From IMG/VR virus record IMGVR_UViG_3300028584_000287, positions 422 to 64,421 of that record: a stretch of 64,000 nucleotides of DNA. One strand, given 5' to 3'. Shown here in pieces: positions 18,713 to 27,171 of the stretch. The notes beneath the pieces are model-generated. The model was not told where the DNA came from. It worked only from the letters and a program-made list of their open reading frames with translations, and did not search any database. Each line of letters starts with the position of its first letter. Position 1 is the first letter of the stretch. The translations under genes and the position numbers were made by a program. The DNA comes from a virus.

Positions 18713-20347
18713 TCAAACAATGTAACTTTGTAAACTCGAAACCTCTTCCTGTTCTTCGTGTAAGCCCCACATACCACTCACATCCAAAACTTCAAAAGCA
18801 GGGTCGCTCATCGGCCTCCAAGTCTCCAACATACCCAACATACTGACCGTATCAATGAAGTCGTCATTCTTTGATCTAAAGCCTGATGCTGATATCAATG
18901 ATAACTCTTCCATTGCCTCCAACATTTCAATGTCATATCTACGTTGTTCAGGGAAGTGCATTATTCCTGCTTTGAACCAAGGTTCAACAGATTGGAACCG
19001 TACAAACTTGTTCGTGTTTGGACGAATCCCCGGCGTATTATTATTGTTAGATGAAGCCAAATGGAACCAACAATTAAGCTCCAGCATCTTCTCCTGAACA
19101 AAGCTAACAAAACCTTGCTGTTGACCGGTCACTTCAATACCCACAGACATAGGCTTATATTTATGAGCCAATCTGAATAGGTCTTTTATTGAAGCAGACA
19201 AGGTTTGTCTTCTACAAATACCATCTACCCAGAACCAATGACCAAGTGGGTTCAATGCCCAAACACTTATTACACTATAGTCTGCACTATCACGCTCACT
19301 AACCGCAAAGTCGGTAGTAATATAGATATTGTATCGGTCTAAATGACGTAAAACCATTGCTTGGTTGTACCATTTAATATAACTATCTTCAATTAAACGG
19401 TCATCTTCCGACATAATACGCAGCATTAATTCTTGGTTAAAACTGGCTATTTTCCCTTGTTTTAAGGCTTTAACATACCGAGCCATCACAACATCATAAC
19501 CAAACCGATCTGGCCAAGCCCCTTTAAACTCTTCCCTTGTACAAGGAAACTTCTCGCATACAGGGAATACGTTAACTTGCCATGCTCCTGATTCAACTGC
19601 CTTGTACAGTGGATCTCTCGCATTAAACGGTGTACCTGACCACACTATACGTCGATTGGTTGGGTGCAAGGCATGTTCCAGTGCCTTGGTTACCGTGTCT
19701 TCTATCGTGGCTATAACGGTCTCAGAACGTGCATCCTCGTCGCTAATCAAGTCATCGAGTATCGCTAACTGTGGACGAGTACCTTGTTCCTTGGTTCCCC
19801 GTACACCTGTCTTCGCACCGTACCCTTTAACAATGAAAGTCTTACCATCTAGGTTCTTAAACTCCCATCTGATATCAGTAAAGCGTATCTCCGGTATGTA
19901 TTTCATAAGAAACTCAGAGTTCTCTCTACGGAACTCTATATTCTTCCTCATGTTCTTAACACCGTTATCTATACTATCTGAAACATAAATAGCTAGATTA
20001 ACTTTACCTAGTATTGGTAGTTCACCATACACTGCAATGTACAAGAATAAGTATTCACCGAACAATGTAGTCTTTGCAGCACCACGGAATACCATGTTAA
20101 GTACGTCTAAATCCCCTGCAATCAGTTGATCCAACATCTTAAGATGTATTACTGGTGTCTTGTTTTCTTCCCCTCTACCACCATTAACCAGCTTAATAAA
20201 TGCTAGAAATGTAAGGGCAAACTCGGAAGGAACATAATAAGGATCTTCACTGTAATCAACAGAGTTAAGATACTCCACAACGGTCCTTGCCCGTTCAATC
20301 TCACCTGTTGCTGACAGTGTTTGAGGCAGTACGAAACCTACTTGCAT
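18713..20347 (-). CDS. Terminase large subunit (N4 gp68-like)
   Basis: FRGAAKTT Walker A, RPQLAILDDL Walker B, YITTDFA and DDFIDTVSM RNase H motifs. Confidence 0.95.
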   Translation of the reverse strand: MQVGFVLPQTLSATGEIERARTVVEYLNSVDYSEDPYYVPSEFALTFLAFIKLVNGGRGEENKTPVIHLKMLDQLIAGDLDVLNMVFRGAAKTTLFGEYLFLYIAVYGELPILGKVNLAIYVSDSIDNGVKNMRKNIEFRRENSEFLMKYIPEIRFTDIRWEFKNLDGKTFIVKGYGAKTGVRGTKEQGTRPQLAILDDLISDEDARSETVIATIEDTVTKALEHALHPTNRRIVWSGTPFNARDPLYKAVESGAWQVNVFPVCEKFPCTREEFKGAWPDRFGYDVVMARYVKALKQGKIASFNQELMLRIMSEDDRLIEDSYIKWYNQAMVLRHLDRYNIYITTDFAVSERDSADYSVISVWALNPLGHWFWVDGICRRQTLSASIKDLFRLAHKYKPMSVGIEVTGQQQGFVSFVQEKMLELNCWFHLASSNNNNTPGIRPNTNKFVRFQSVEPWFKAGIMHFPEQRRYDIEMLEAMEELSLISASGFRSKNDDFIDTVSMLGMLETWRPMSDPAFEVLDVSGMWGLHEEQEEVSSLQSYIV

Positions 20348-20595
20348 AAATAAGGCGCTCCTGTAGGTTTATACGTTAACCATTGGCCATGCTTTGGGTG
20401 AACCATATACTCGAATGATTTAACTTCATCATCGTTCAAAACCCCTTCAGGGTACAAAATAAGATGAGGTCTTTTACCGTCAACTTTCACCCCTTTGTAC
20501 CGTATCCCTTGGTCTGATGGACGAACCAATACCTTACCTGTTGGAAACAAAATAATTATTGGATCAATTAATTCATGCTCTGGATTATTCGACAT
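20338..20595 (-). CDS. Hypothetical protein between the terminase subunits
   Basis: 85 aa from the ATG at 20595, overlapping both neighbours. Confidence 0.5.
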   Translation of the reverse strand: MSNNPEHELIDPIIILFPTGKVLVRPSDQGIRYKGVKVDGKRPHLILYPEGVLNDDEVKSFEYMVHPKHGQWLTYKPTGAPYLCK

Positions 20596-21409
20596 ACTCT
20601 GCATCCACTATACGAGCCTCTGCAAGCTCCTTGGCACTACTTGAGCCATTAATGATACTTTCCCTTTGCTGGCGTACCAAAGCAGCCGTAGCTTGTGCCA
20701 AGGACTCGATAGCGGTGATACCATCATTACTAATCGTCGCATTGATCTGCATCTTGGCCACATCCGGTTGCTTCAGTGCATTCAACAAACTATTTGCTGC
20801 CTGTGTCTGAACCAATTCACTTGCTGCAGTATTCATCAAACTGGCTTGCTTCATAATAGCCTTGTGAAACACATCCCTGTACAGAAGATGGTTCGGTATT
20901 GATGCCTGCCCTAGCAAGTCAACCACAAGCTTCCCTTTAGCGTATGCACACACATAAGCGCTAATGGTCTTGTCATTCTTCCCCATGTCCCGTAAACGCT
21001 TTACACGCGAAGGAAAGGCATTCTCATAAGCAGCCTTATCGGTCATACCCATGAACTTAAAGCTACAGAAACTAACCGCATCAAGGTAGTTATCAATGGT
21101 GTACTTACCATTCAACAATACCGTCTGGAAGGTAACCAAATTCTCTCGATACATTGCTGCAAACTCATCATCTTGGACAAGATTATTCACATCATCAAGT
21201 AGCTTATTGGTTACTGTACTGTGGAAGTTCTTAGGCAAACATTCCTTCAAACTATCAAGCGTAAACGCAGGAGCCATCATAGAAGTACCGGTACTGATCA
21301 ACTCAATATCATCAGTATCTTCATCATAAACTTCATCTTCTGGTTCTTGGAATGGTACTACTGGTTTAGCGGCAGGTACTAATGGTTCTCTACGGATAGG
21401 TCTTTTCAC
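20585..21409 (-). CDS. Terminase small subunit candidate (N4 gp69-like)
   Basis: YLDAVSFCSFKFMG, AYAKGKLV, SELVQTQAANSLL..LKQP motifs; upstream of TerL. Confidence 0.75.
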   Translation of the reverse strand: MKRPIRREPLVPAAKPVVPFQEPEDEVYDEDTDDIELISTGTSMMAPAFTLDSLKECLPKNFHSTVTNKLLDDVNNLVQDDEFAAMYRENLVTFQTVLLNGKYTIDNYLDAVSFCSFKFMGMTDKAAYENAFPSRVKRLRDMGKNDKTISAYVCAYAKGKLVVDLLGQASIPNHLLYRDVFHKAIMKQASLMNTAASELVQTQAANSLLNALKQPDVAKMQINATISNDGITAIESLAQATAALVRQQRESIINGSSSAKELAEARIVDAEYVE

Positions 21410-21957
21410 TTGGGTTACTCCTAAAGGTTAGTCTTTAGGTAGCATATAGGTATAAATTAACTATTACAAGTAATTAAGTTAAATCCCCCCTCCCCCTTAT
21501 CTACTTACTTATTTACCTTATCATCTTATTTTATACATGTAAATACTTAAGTAAATACTCTCGTATTCTCCTTTCGTAGCTAAAGCTACTACAGTCGATA
21601 CTTCGTATTTACTTAAGTATTTACCATAATAGTCTATTAATATTACATAAATTAGGTAACTTCTTATATAGATAAAATATATTATAATTTTTAGACTAAC
21701 GTAGAGGGGAGTGTAAGAGATATATTGCTTCTTATACATAAGAGATATATTAGGTAATTTAGGTAGATAGATTAGGAGTTAGTAGGTATTAGTAGGAATA
21801 GAGGGGGAGTGAAGTAAATTCTATTAAGGGAAATTATAAAATTCAGTATGAAGGTAGAACCGTACAAATTCAAGAGCAAGAGCGGTATCGCCCCCCCTAC
21901 TTGATTTGGGAAAACTGGAATTGCACTACCCACCCACCTTCGGTGTCTGGTCACACC

Positions 21958-21970
21958 GGTCCTTCGGACC
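21958..21970 (+). promoter_or_regulatory. N4-type vRNAP hairpin promoter
   Basis: GGTCC-TTC-GGACC then TGAA; template loop C-GAA-G; upstream of the first early gene. Confidence 0.7.
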
Positions 21971-22017
21971 TGAATAGATGGCACTTCGCCCATCGTATGC
22001 GTAACAAGGAGACTCTC

Positions 22018-22275
22018 ATGTCTAACGCAACTGTAGTATCTGCTCGTAAACCTATGGGCTTCTTCCGTTCTTTAGCTTCACCTATCTATGCTATCGGACG
22101 GATCTTCTCTGCTGCTGAACGTGCTGCTAACGTAGTGGACATGTACGCTGAACAGCTTGAGACTGAGACTGAGATTGCATTGGTTCCTGCACTCACTCGC
22201 CTTGCTGTATCTCGTCAGCAAATGCAGGCTAACATCGCTGCTGGCAAGTTGGATGATACAACGAAGAATGATTAA
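22018..22275 (+). CDS. First early gene, hypothetical
   Basis: AAGGAG RBS, ATG at 22018, 85 aa. Confidence 0.7.
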   Translation: MSNATVVSARKPMGFFRSLASPIYAIGRIFSAAERAANVVDMYAEQLETETEIALVPALTRLAVSRQQMQANIAAGKLDDTTKND

Positions 22276-22450
22276 CTCTTCGTTATGGAATAGCCTAACG
22301 GCTATTCCTTCTACCATCTGGAGGACTATCAATCCTCCGGTCCATCATACTCTAGAGCCATCGGAACTAGAGTCATTGGAACAATCCAAGCAAAAGCTTC
22401 TTGAAGCCAGAGCTAGGATGCAGAACTACATGGACAACAATTCCCTGTAG
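22268..22450 (+). CDS. Early hypothetical protein
   Basis: 60 aa from the ATG at 22268, overlapping the previous stop. Confidence 0.5.
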   Translation: MINSSLWNSLTAIPSTIWRTINPPVHHTLEPSELESLEQSKQKLLEARARMQNYMDNNSL

Positions 22451-22499
22451 TAACCATGGGAATGCTAACGCATTCCCTTTAACCATTTGGAGTTCTACC

Positions 22500-22610
22500 A
22501 TGTTCTACGCAATCTTCCTTGCACCAACTGATTCCATTGCATTAGCCATTGGACGACTAGCGTTCTCCTATGCGCTTGGCTTTACTACAACAACCCTAGC
22601 TATCTGCTAG
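22500..22610 (+). CDS. Small hydrophobic early peptide
   Basis: GGAG RBS; 36 aa; followed by a CCCTAGC/GCTAGGG terminator-like hairpin. Confidence 0.4.
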   Translation: MFYAIFLAPTDSIALAIGRLAFSYALGFTTTTLAIC

Positions 22611-22947
22611 GGCTTGTTTTTTCACACCTTTCACACCAACACCTTGGAGATAGTACGATTAAGCTAGAAAGAACCATTAGCTAATACGCTCTAGAATCAA
22701 TTCTAAGCCATTCTTAGCCTTACCCTAAGCCATCGCACTACCTACCCTACGATAATTCCACTACGTGAGGAATAAGTGGGTAGAAATTGATAGTGAGCAG
22801 TACAATCTTAACAACTATCCCCTTTCCCTAAACCCTACCATCATTTCCCCTCAATCCTAAACATTCCCTAAACACTAATCCCATTAGTACCTATTACCCA
22901 TACATACATTAGCTAGTACTTATATACAACAAGTATTACCCACTCCT

Positions 22948-22962
22948 AAGTCCTTCGGACTT
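22948..22962 (+). promoter_or_regulatory. N4-type vRNAP hairpin promoter inside a longer inverted repeat (22928-22976)
   Basis: AAGTCC-TTC-GGACTT; flanked by ACAAGTAT/ATACTTGT. Confidence 0.65.
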
Positions 22963-23020
22963 GGAGGGATACTTGTAACTACATCCTGTAGTTGCATAAC
23001 AATTCATTCTGGAGAATGAC

Positions 23021-23353
23021 ATGAGACATGCTGGCCTTGCAGGTAAAGGTTACTACGTTGTAGTAACCAACACTAAACTTTCTACCTTCGGTAAGAAAGG
23101 TTTAGTAGTGTCATCTGACGATGACAAAGCCGTTGTTCTCTTTGAAGACAACAAGAAGATGGAGTACTCCAGAACTTCTGTTCAACTTCTAGAGAAGCAA
23201 ACCTTCTGCACTCTTGTAGTGCATAAGGGTAACGAGTACTTAGTTACTCCAAAGGATACTATCGTATCCTTGAGAACCAATCGGATTATGAAGTGGGGCG
23301 ATGAGCACCCCACTCGTAGGGAAATCTTAAATGATGCCTACATTCCTGAATAA
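23021..23353 (+). CDS. Early hypothetical protein
   Basis: GGAG RBS; 110 aa. Confidence 0.7.
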   Translation: MRHAGLAGKGYYVVVTNTKLSTFGKKGLVVSSDDDKAVVLFEDNKKMEYSRTSVQLLEKQTFCTLVVHKGNEYLVTPKDTIVSLRTNRIMKWGDEHPTRREILNDAYIPE

Positions 23354-23357
23354 TAAG

Positions 23358-23382
23358 AGCACCTTCGGGTGCTTTATTTTTT
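23358..23382 (+). terminator. UUCG terminator
   Basis: AGCACC-TTCG-GGTGCT-TTATTTTTT. Confidence 0.8.
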
Positions 23383-23386
23383 GCAT

Positions 23387-23399
23387 AGCCCTTCGGGCT
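23387..23399 (+). promoter_or_regulatory. N4-type vRNAP hairpin promoter
   Basis: AGCCC-TTC-GGGCT then TGCA, 4 nt after the terminator. Confidence 0.7.
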
Positions 23400-23427
23400 T
23401 GCACTGACATCAAACCGGAGGGAATAT

Positions 23428-23652
23428 ATGTCACGTTACCAAACAGCAGTAGCTCGCAAGCTACATGCTGCATACCTTAAATCAGGTATGACTCCAGTTG
23501 AGTTCTACAACCATATTATATCCACTCGTGGGCATAGTATTGTTAGTGTAAGACTCAATGAACTCTCATTCAAAATACATGTACCAGAATATGGTGATGA
23601 TATTGAATGGTATGGCTGGGATGAACAATCCCAGCTATGGCTGGAACTATAA
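23428..23652 (+). CDS. Early hypothetical protein
   Basis: GGAGG RBS; 74 aa. Confidence 0.7.
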   Translation: MSRYQTAVARKLHAAYLKSGMTPVEFYNHIISTRGHSIVSVRLNELSFKIHVPEYGDDIEWYGWDEQSQLWLEL

Positions 23653-23655
23653 CAT

Positions 23656-23681
23656 GCACTCTTCGGAGTGCTTTGTTTTTT
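23656..23681 (+). terminator. UUCG terminator
   Basis: GCACTC-TTCG-GAGTGC-TTTGTTTTTT. Confidence 0.8.
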
Positions 23682-23686
23682 GGTAT

Positions 23687-23699
23687 GGAGCTTCGCTCC
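23687..23699 (+). promoter_or_regulatory. N4-type vRNAP hairpin promoter
   Basis: GGAGC-TTC-GCTCC then TGAA, directly after the terminator. Confidence 0.7.
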
Positions 23700-23751
23700 T
23701 GAATCGGTGTTGGGTGCATTCGCACCCTCAATTTTATTGGAGACAGTACCT

Positions 23752-24039
23752 ATGTGCACCGTGGTCAATAAATACAAATCTCCGTTCGATGTTTACATTG
23801 GACGAGGTAGTGTATGGGGCAATCCATATCCTATGCAAAGTGAAGCGGATAGAGCCAATGTAATTGAGCTATACCGCAAGCATCTGCACAAACAGATACA
23901 CGAGGGAACCGTAACCATCCCAATGCTATTGGAGTTGGACGGTAAACGCTTAGGATGCTTCTGCAAACCTAAGCCTTGTCATGGTGATGTTATTGTCCGT
24001 GCTGTTGCATGGGCTAAGGAACAAACATGCTCAAACTAA
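23752..24039 (+). CDS. DUF4326-family protein
   Basis: From the ATG at 23752 (GGAG RBS); DVYIGRGSVWGNPY and LDGKRLGCFCKPKPCHGDVI motifs. Confidence 0.85.
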   Translation: MCTVVNKYKSPFDVYIGRGSVWGNPYPMQSEADRANVIELYRKHLHKQIHEGTVTIPMLLELDGKRLGCFCKPKPCHGDVIVRAVAWAKEQTCSN

Positions 24040-24263
24040 TTAATGTGATAGCTCCATGGCATAGCCAAGAGGCTTGGTCATTGCTTATCCATTTAATCAG
24101 CTGCGGGATGCTTCGCACCCAAATCAAAGCTGAAATGGAGAAAGCTGGGTACTATGTACCCGAAGATATGATTGAATGCTTTGATAAGCTATTCGATATG
24201 ACTATTGATCTGGACATCGGATCAAGACAATACGAAGTACCTACTAAGAAGGAACAGGTATGA
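24027..24263 (+). CDS. Hypothetical protein
   Basis: AAGGA RBS; 78 aa; tiles the operon. Confidence 0.6.
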   Translation: MLKLINVIAPWHSQEAWSLLIHLISCGMLRTQIKAEMEKAGYYVPEDMIECFDKLFDMTIDLDIGSRQYEVPTKKEQV

Positions 24264-24433
24264 AATACTATGGACGTAAGACCGTGGGTAGCGTAATAGC
24301 TACCCAATTCTTTATCATTGGTGTTGTTGGAGTTGATCTATGAATATATTCATGGCAATTGTATCTGTCATTATTATGGCCGTGCTCGTAGGCTTAATTG
24401 CCTACGCAGCAATAACTACAGGGAACAACTAAC

Positions 24434-24727
24434 ATGCTAGAAAAAGTATTCTGGTATTGTATCGCAGCTATCTTAACTATTTCATTGTTACAAACAATAC
24501 AGAATAGTTTAGATGAAAGACCACAATCTACAGTTCATTCAGACCAAGTTATATTACTTGTAATGGATGGACTGAGGGCTAATAACCCTAATGTGGGTGA
24601 AACATGTATTGTAGTAGCTGCTAATTTATTAGTAGGTGACTACAATACTGTAGAGCACATGATGCCAGTACATGGCAAGTGTGCTACTAAACTAATTGGT
24701 ATGTACGTAAGTAAGGACCAACTATGA
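24434..24727 (+). CDS. Hypothetical protein with an N-terminal TM segment
   Basis: 97 aa; hydrophobic N-terminus. Confidence 0.55.
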   Translation: MLEKVFWYCIAAILTISLLQTIQNSLDERPQSTVHSDQVILLVMDGLRANNPNVGETCIVVAANLLVGDYNTVEHMMPVHGKCATKLIGMYVSKDQL

Positions 24728-24915
24728 ACATTACTTTAAAGTACCAACCAGTAACATACAAAGCTGGTTGGGATTGTAATGGAGTATGGGCATTACATGT
24801 GAACCTATCTGATAATTCATTCATGTTCCTGTTCTATACTAAACCAACAGCTAGACAGATACGTCGCACTGTTAAACGTGCAAAACGTAAGGTATGGAGA
24901 TACGATTCATTATGA
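24724..24915 (+). CDS. Hypothetical protein
   Basis: AAGGA RBS; ATGA overlaps at both ends. Confidence 0.6.
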   Translation: MNITLKYQPVTYKAGWDCNGVWALHVNLSDNSFMFLFYTKPTARQIRRTVKRAKRKVWRYDSL

Positions 24916-25271
24916 AGCTAATCATAGCTGGAGGGCGTGATTTTGTTGATATGTCATACGCTATTGAGTGCATCAATAGACTGATAGATCAAGGCAAGAT
25001 CAAAGAAGAAGGCTTGGAGATTGTTTCAGGTATGGCCCGTGGGGCTGATACCGTAGCAATCAACATAGCTAAGTCTAACAACCTTACATTGCATGAGTTC
25101 CCAGCTGATTGGGACAAGCATGGTAAGGCCGCAGGATATCTGCGGAACATAGATATGGCCAAGTTCTCAGATGCTCTTGTAGCATTCTGGGATGGCCAAT
25201 CTAAGGGTACTGAGCACATGATTCAAACCATGCGCTCGAAAAACAAACCGGTATATGTATTCCGGTACTGA
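24912..25271 (+). CDS. SLOG-superfamily protein (DUF2493/YspA-like)
   Basis: MKLIIAGGRDF, IVSGMARGAD, FPADWDKHGKAAGYLRN, VAFWDGQSKGT motifs. Confidence 0.85.
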   Translation: MKLIIAGGRDFVDMSYAIECINRLIDQGKIKEEGLEIVSGMARGADTVAINIAKSNNLTLHEFPADWDKHGKAAGYLRNIDMAKFSDALVAFWDGQSKGTEHMIQTMRSKNKPVYVFRY

Positions 25272-25284
25272 AAGCTCCGCTTTC
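25270..25284 (+). promoter_or_regulatory. N4 P2-like hairpin
   Basis: GAAAGC-TCC-GCTTTC; the core AAGCTCCGCTT matches the N4 P2 core as recalled. Confidence 0.65.
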
Positions 25285-25292
25285 ATTTATGA

Positions 25293-25319
25293 AAGACACC
25301 TTTATGGTGTCTTTTTTTT
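25293..25319 (+). terminator. Intrinsic terminator
   Basis: AAGACACC-TTTAT-GGTGTCTT plus T run. Confidence 0.8.
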
Positions 25320-25349
25320 GCTATAGCTAGTATCACTGCTTCGCTCTTT

Positions 25350-25362
25350 GCCCCGTCGGGGC
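25350..25362 (+). promoter_or_regulatory. vRNAP-type hairpin with a variant loop
   Basis: GCCCC-GTC-GGGGC then TGTA. Confidence 0.5.
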
Positions 25363-25397
25363 TGTAAAGACAATCCTGTCAATCTTGGAGGTTAATC

Positions 25398-25499
25398 ATG
25401 GCATTCACTGCGTATTATGTAACTAAGAACCAAGTATCAAAACTTGGTAAATACCCAACTAAACAGGCTTGTATCCGCAAGCTACTGGGTAGCAAATGA
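25398..25499 (+). CDS. 33-aa basic early peptide
   Basis: GGAGG RBS; below the ORF track cut-off. Confidence 0.5.
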   Translation: MAFTAYYVTKNQVSKLGKYPTKQACIRKLLGSK

Positions 25500-25634
25500 A
25501 TCTGATTGCTTTAATCATTCTGTTCTTCCTTATGTTCCTGAACATGAAGAACAAACAATTGGACAATGTTGATAAATCATTCTCCATAGTATTGCTATCA
25601 GTTCTGATTATATTGGAACTGTTGGCATTGTAAT

Positions 25635-25647
25635 GTCCCTTCGGGAC
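25635..25647 (+). promoter_or_regulatory. N4-type vRNAP hairpin promoter upstream of the gp2-like gene
   Basis: GTCCC-TTC-GGGAC then TGAA. Confidence 0.7.
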
Positions 25648-25702
25648 TGAAAAGAAACAATCCCGCCTCAATTGAGGCTCCTACCATAAAGGAAACATAG
25701 CC

Positions 25703-26035
25703 ATGGGCTTAGTAGCACAAGAAGCACAACCGCAAGTTAAGAAACCACGTACTCCAGCAAAAGGCAAAACAACTACTGCTGCTGAATATACCAAAGCAAC
25801 AGCTTGGCTGAATATGAACATTGTCCGTAGTGATAAGTCCACATTCAAAATCAAGCGTGGAACAGCCATTGTTCCAACAGAAGATATGGTATTAGACGCA
25901 TTAGAGAAATCTGAGCGTAAATACCGTGACGAGTGCGTTGCAAAGGGTATTCCCTATGTAGCGCGTAAAATCCATATCGAAGCTACCGTACAACTGGTTG
26001 ATGCTCCAGCAGAGATTCCAGATCTGTTCGAGTAA
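25703..26035 (+). CDS. N4 gp2-like ssDNA-binding RNAPII activator (tentative)
   Basis: KATAWLN motif resembling gp2 KAQFWLN; early gene directly before RNAPII. Confidence 0.5.
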   Translation: MGLVAQEAQPQVKKPRTPAKGKTTTAAEYTKATAWLNMNIVRSDKSTFKIKRGTAIVPTEDMVLDALEKSERKYRDECVAKGIPYVARKIHIEATVQLVDAPAEIPDLFE

Positions 26036-26043
26036 ATACCAAA

Positions 26044-26075
26044 AGAACCCAGCTAACGCTGGGTTCTATTTTTTT
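26044..26075 (+). terminator. Intrinsic terminator
   Basis: AGAACCCAGC-TAAC-GCTGGGTTCT plus T run. Confidence 0.8.
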
Positions 26076-26091
26076 AACCGGAGGATAGTAT

Positions 26092-27003
26092 ATGAGTCTG
26101 GTACAAAAGCAGATAGAAAACGAAGAGAAGTATTCTCGTCGTAATATCCAAAAGTGGATAAAAGAAGTAATTATGCAAGAGGAAACTCTTGTATATGCCA
26201 TGGCTATGGCACATCAAGATATAACCGAGTACATGGTACAGGATTACTATCCTAGTAAAATGATACGTTATGCCCTGTTCAATGAATACAATGACCTTGA
26301 ACCAATAATGTTAGAGGTCATGATAGAGGTGCTTAAAGCACCTAACGGTACAATTATATTCCAGCAAATAGCTGGAAGAGTTGCACAGTTCGTTAATGGT
26401 ATGGAGTACATTGATGCACTTAAGACAGTATCAGATATTATGGGACTTATGTGCCATGCTGATCTGTTTGATGTTATTCAACCTGCTTTAGCAGATGAAG
26501 GTGTATTGACTATTCAATCTCCGCTTAGTTTAGATGAGCCTATGTTACAGAGGATTGCTAATACTAAGTATCTACCACCAATGCTAGTTCCACCTAGCGA
26601 TGTAAAAGAGAACAAAGGTAATCAATACCTTACGTTCAAGACTTCTTTAATCAAGAAGCCTTACAACTTCCATAATGATTATTTAGCTTATGACGTAATT
26701 AATATATTGCAGTCATACGAATTATCATTAGATGAATTTGTAGTACATCAAGAGATTGAGAGTCCAAAGAATGAACTTGATACTCAAGAGAAGGTTGATA
26801 ACTTCAACCGTATGGTATTGGCATCTAAAGCCACATACTTGGAAATCTTAGAAGCTGGTAACAAGTTCTTTGAACCTTGGTCGTATGATAAACGAGGCCG
26901 TAGTTATATGGACGGATATCATATTAATTACCAAAGTTCACAATACAAGAAAGCCCTCATCAATATTAACCCATTGAAGGTGAGTCAATGCGTAATAGTT
27001 TAA
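26092..27003 (+). CDS. RNA polymerase II subunit 1 (N4 gp15-like)
   Basis: KYLPPMLVPP and WSYDKRGRSYMDGYHINYQ motifs. Confidence 0.9.
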   Translation: MSLVQKQIENEEKYSRRNIQKWIKEVIMQEETLVYAMAMAHQDITEYMVQDYYPSKMIRYALFNEYNDLEPIMLEVMIEVLKAPNGTIIFQQIAGRVAQFVNGMEYIDALKTVSDIMGLMCHADLFDVIQPALADEGVLTIQSPLSLDEPMLQRIANTKYLPPMLVPPSDVKENKGNQYLTFKTSLIKKPYNFHNDYLAYDVINILQSYELSLDEFVVHQEIESPKNELDTQEKVDNFNRMVLASKATYLEILEAGNKFFEPWSYDKRGRSYMDGYHINYQSSQYKKALININPLKVSQCVIV

Positions 27004-27170
27004 GTGCTTCTGAATTAAAGAAGCTGTTGCCTTTAGTGCAACAACATGAACCATCATTTGTATATCTATTCGAACCACAGCCTAAGTTAGCTGCGGTCGA
27101 AAAACAATACCGCGAATTTCTTCGCGGTGAAGTAATCAAACGTCTTAAATCCCTTAGTATAGAGGTGTAA
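26988..27170 (+). CDS. Hypothetical protein between the RNAPII subunits
   Basis: 60 aa; tiles the gap. Confidence 0.5.
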   Translation: MRNSLSASELKKLLPLVQQHEPSFVYLFEPQPKLAAVEKQYREFLRGEVIKRLKSLSIEV

Positions 27171-27171
27171 C

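Noticed and set aside
25293-25313. AGACACC/GGTGTCT stem resembling the core of the ncRNA array arms
   Set aside because: The arm order is reversed, only 7 nt are shared, and it is a typical terminator with a T tract; probably coincidence.
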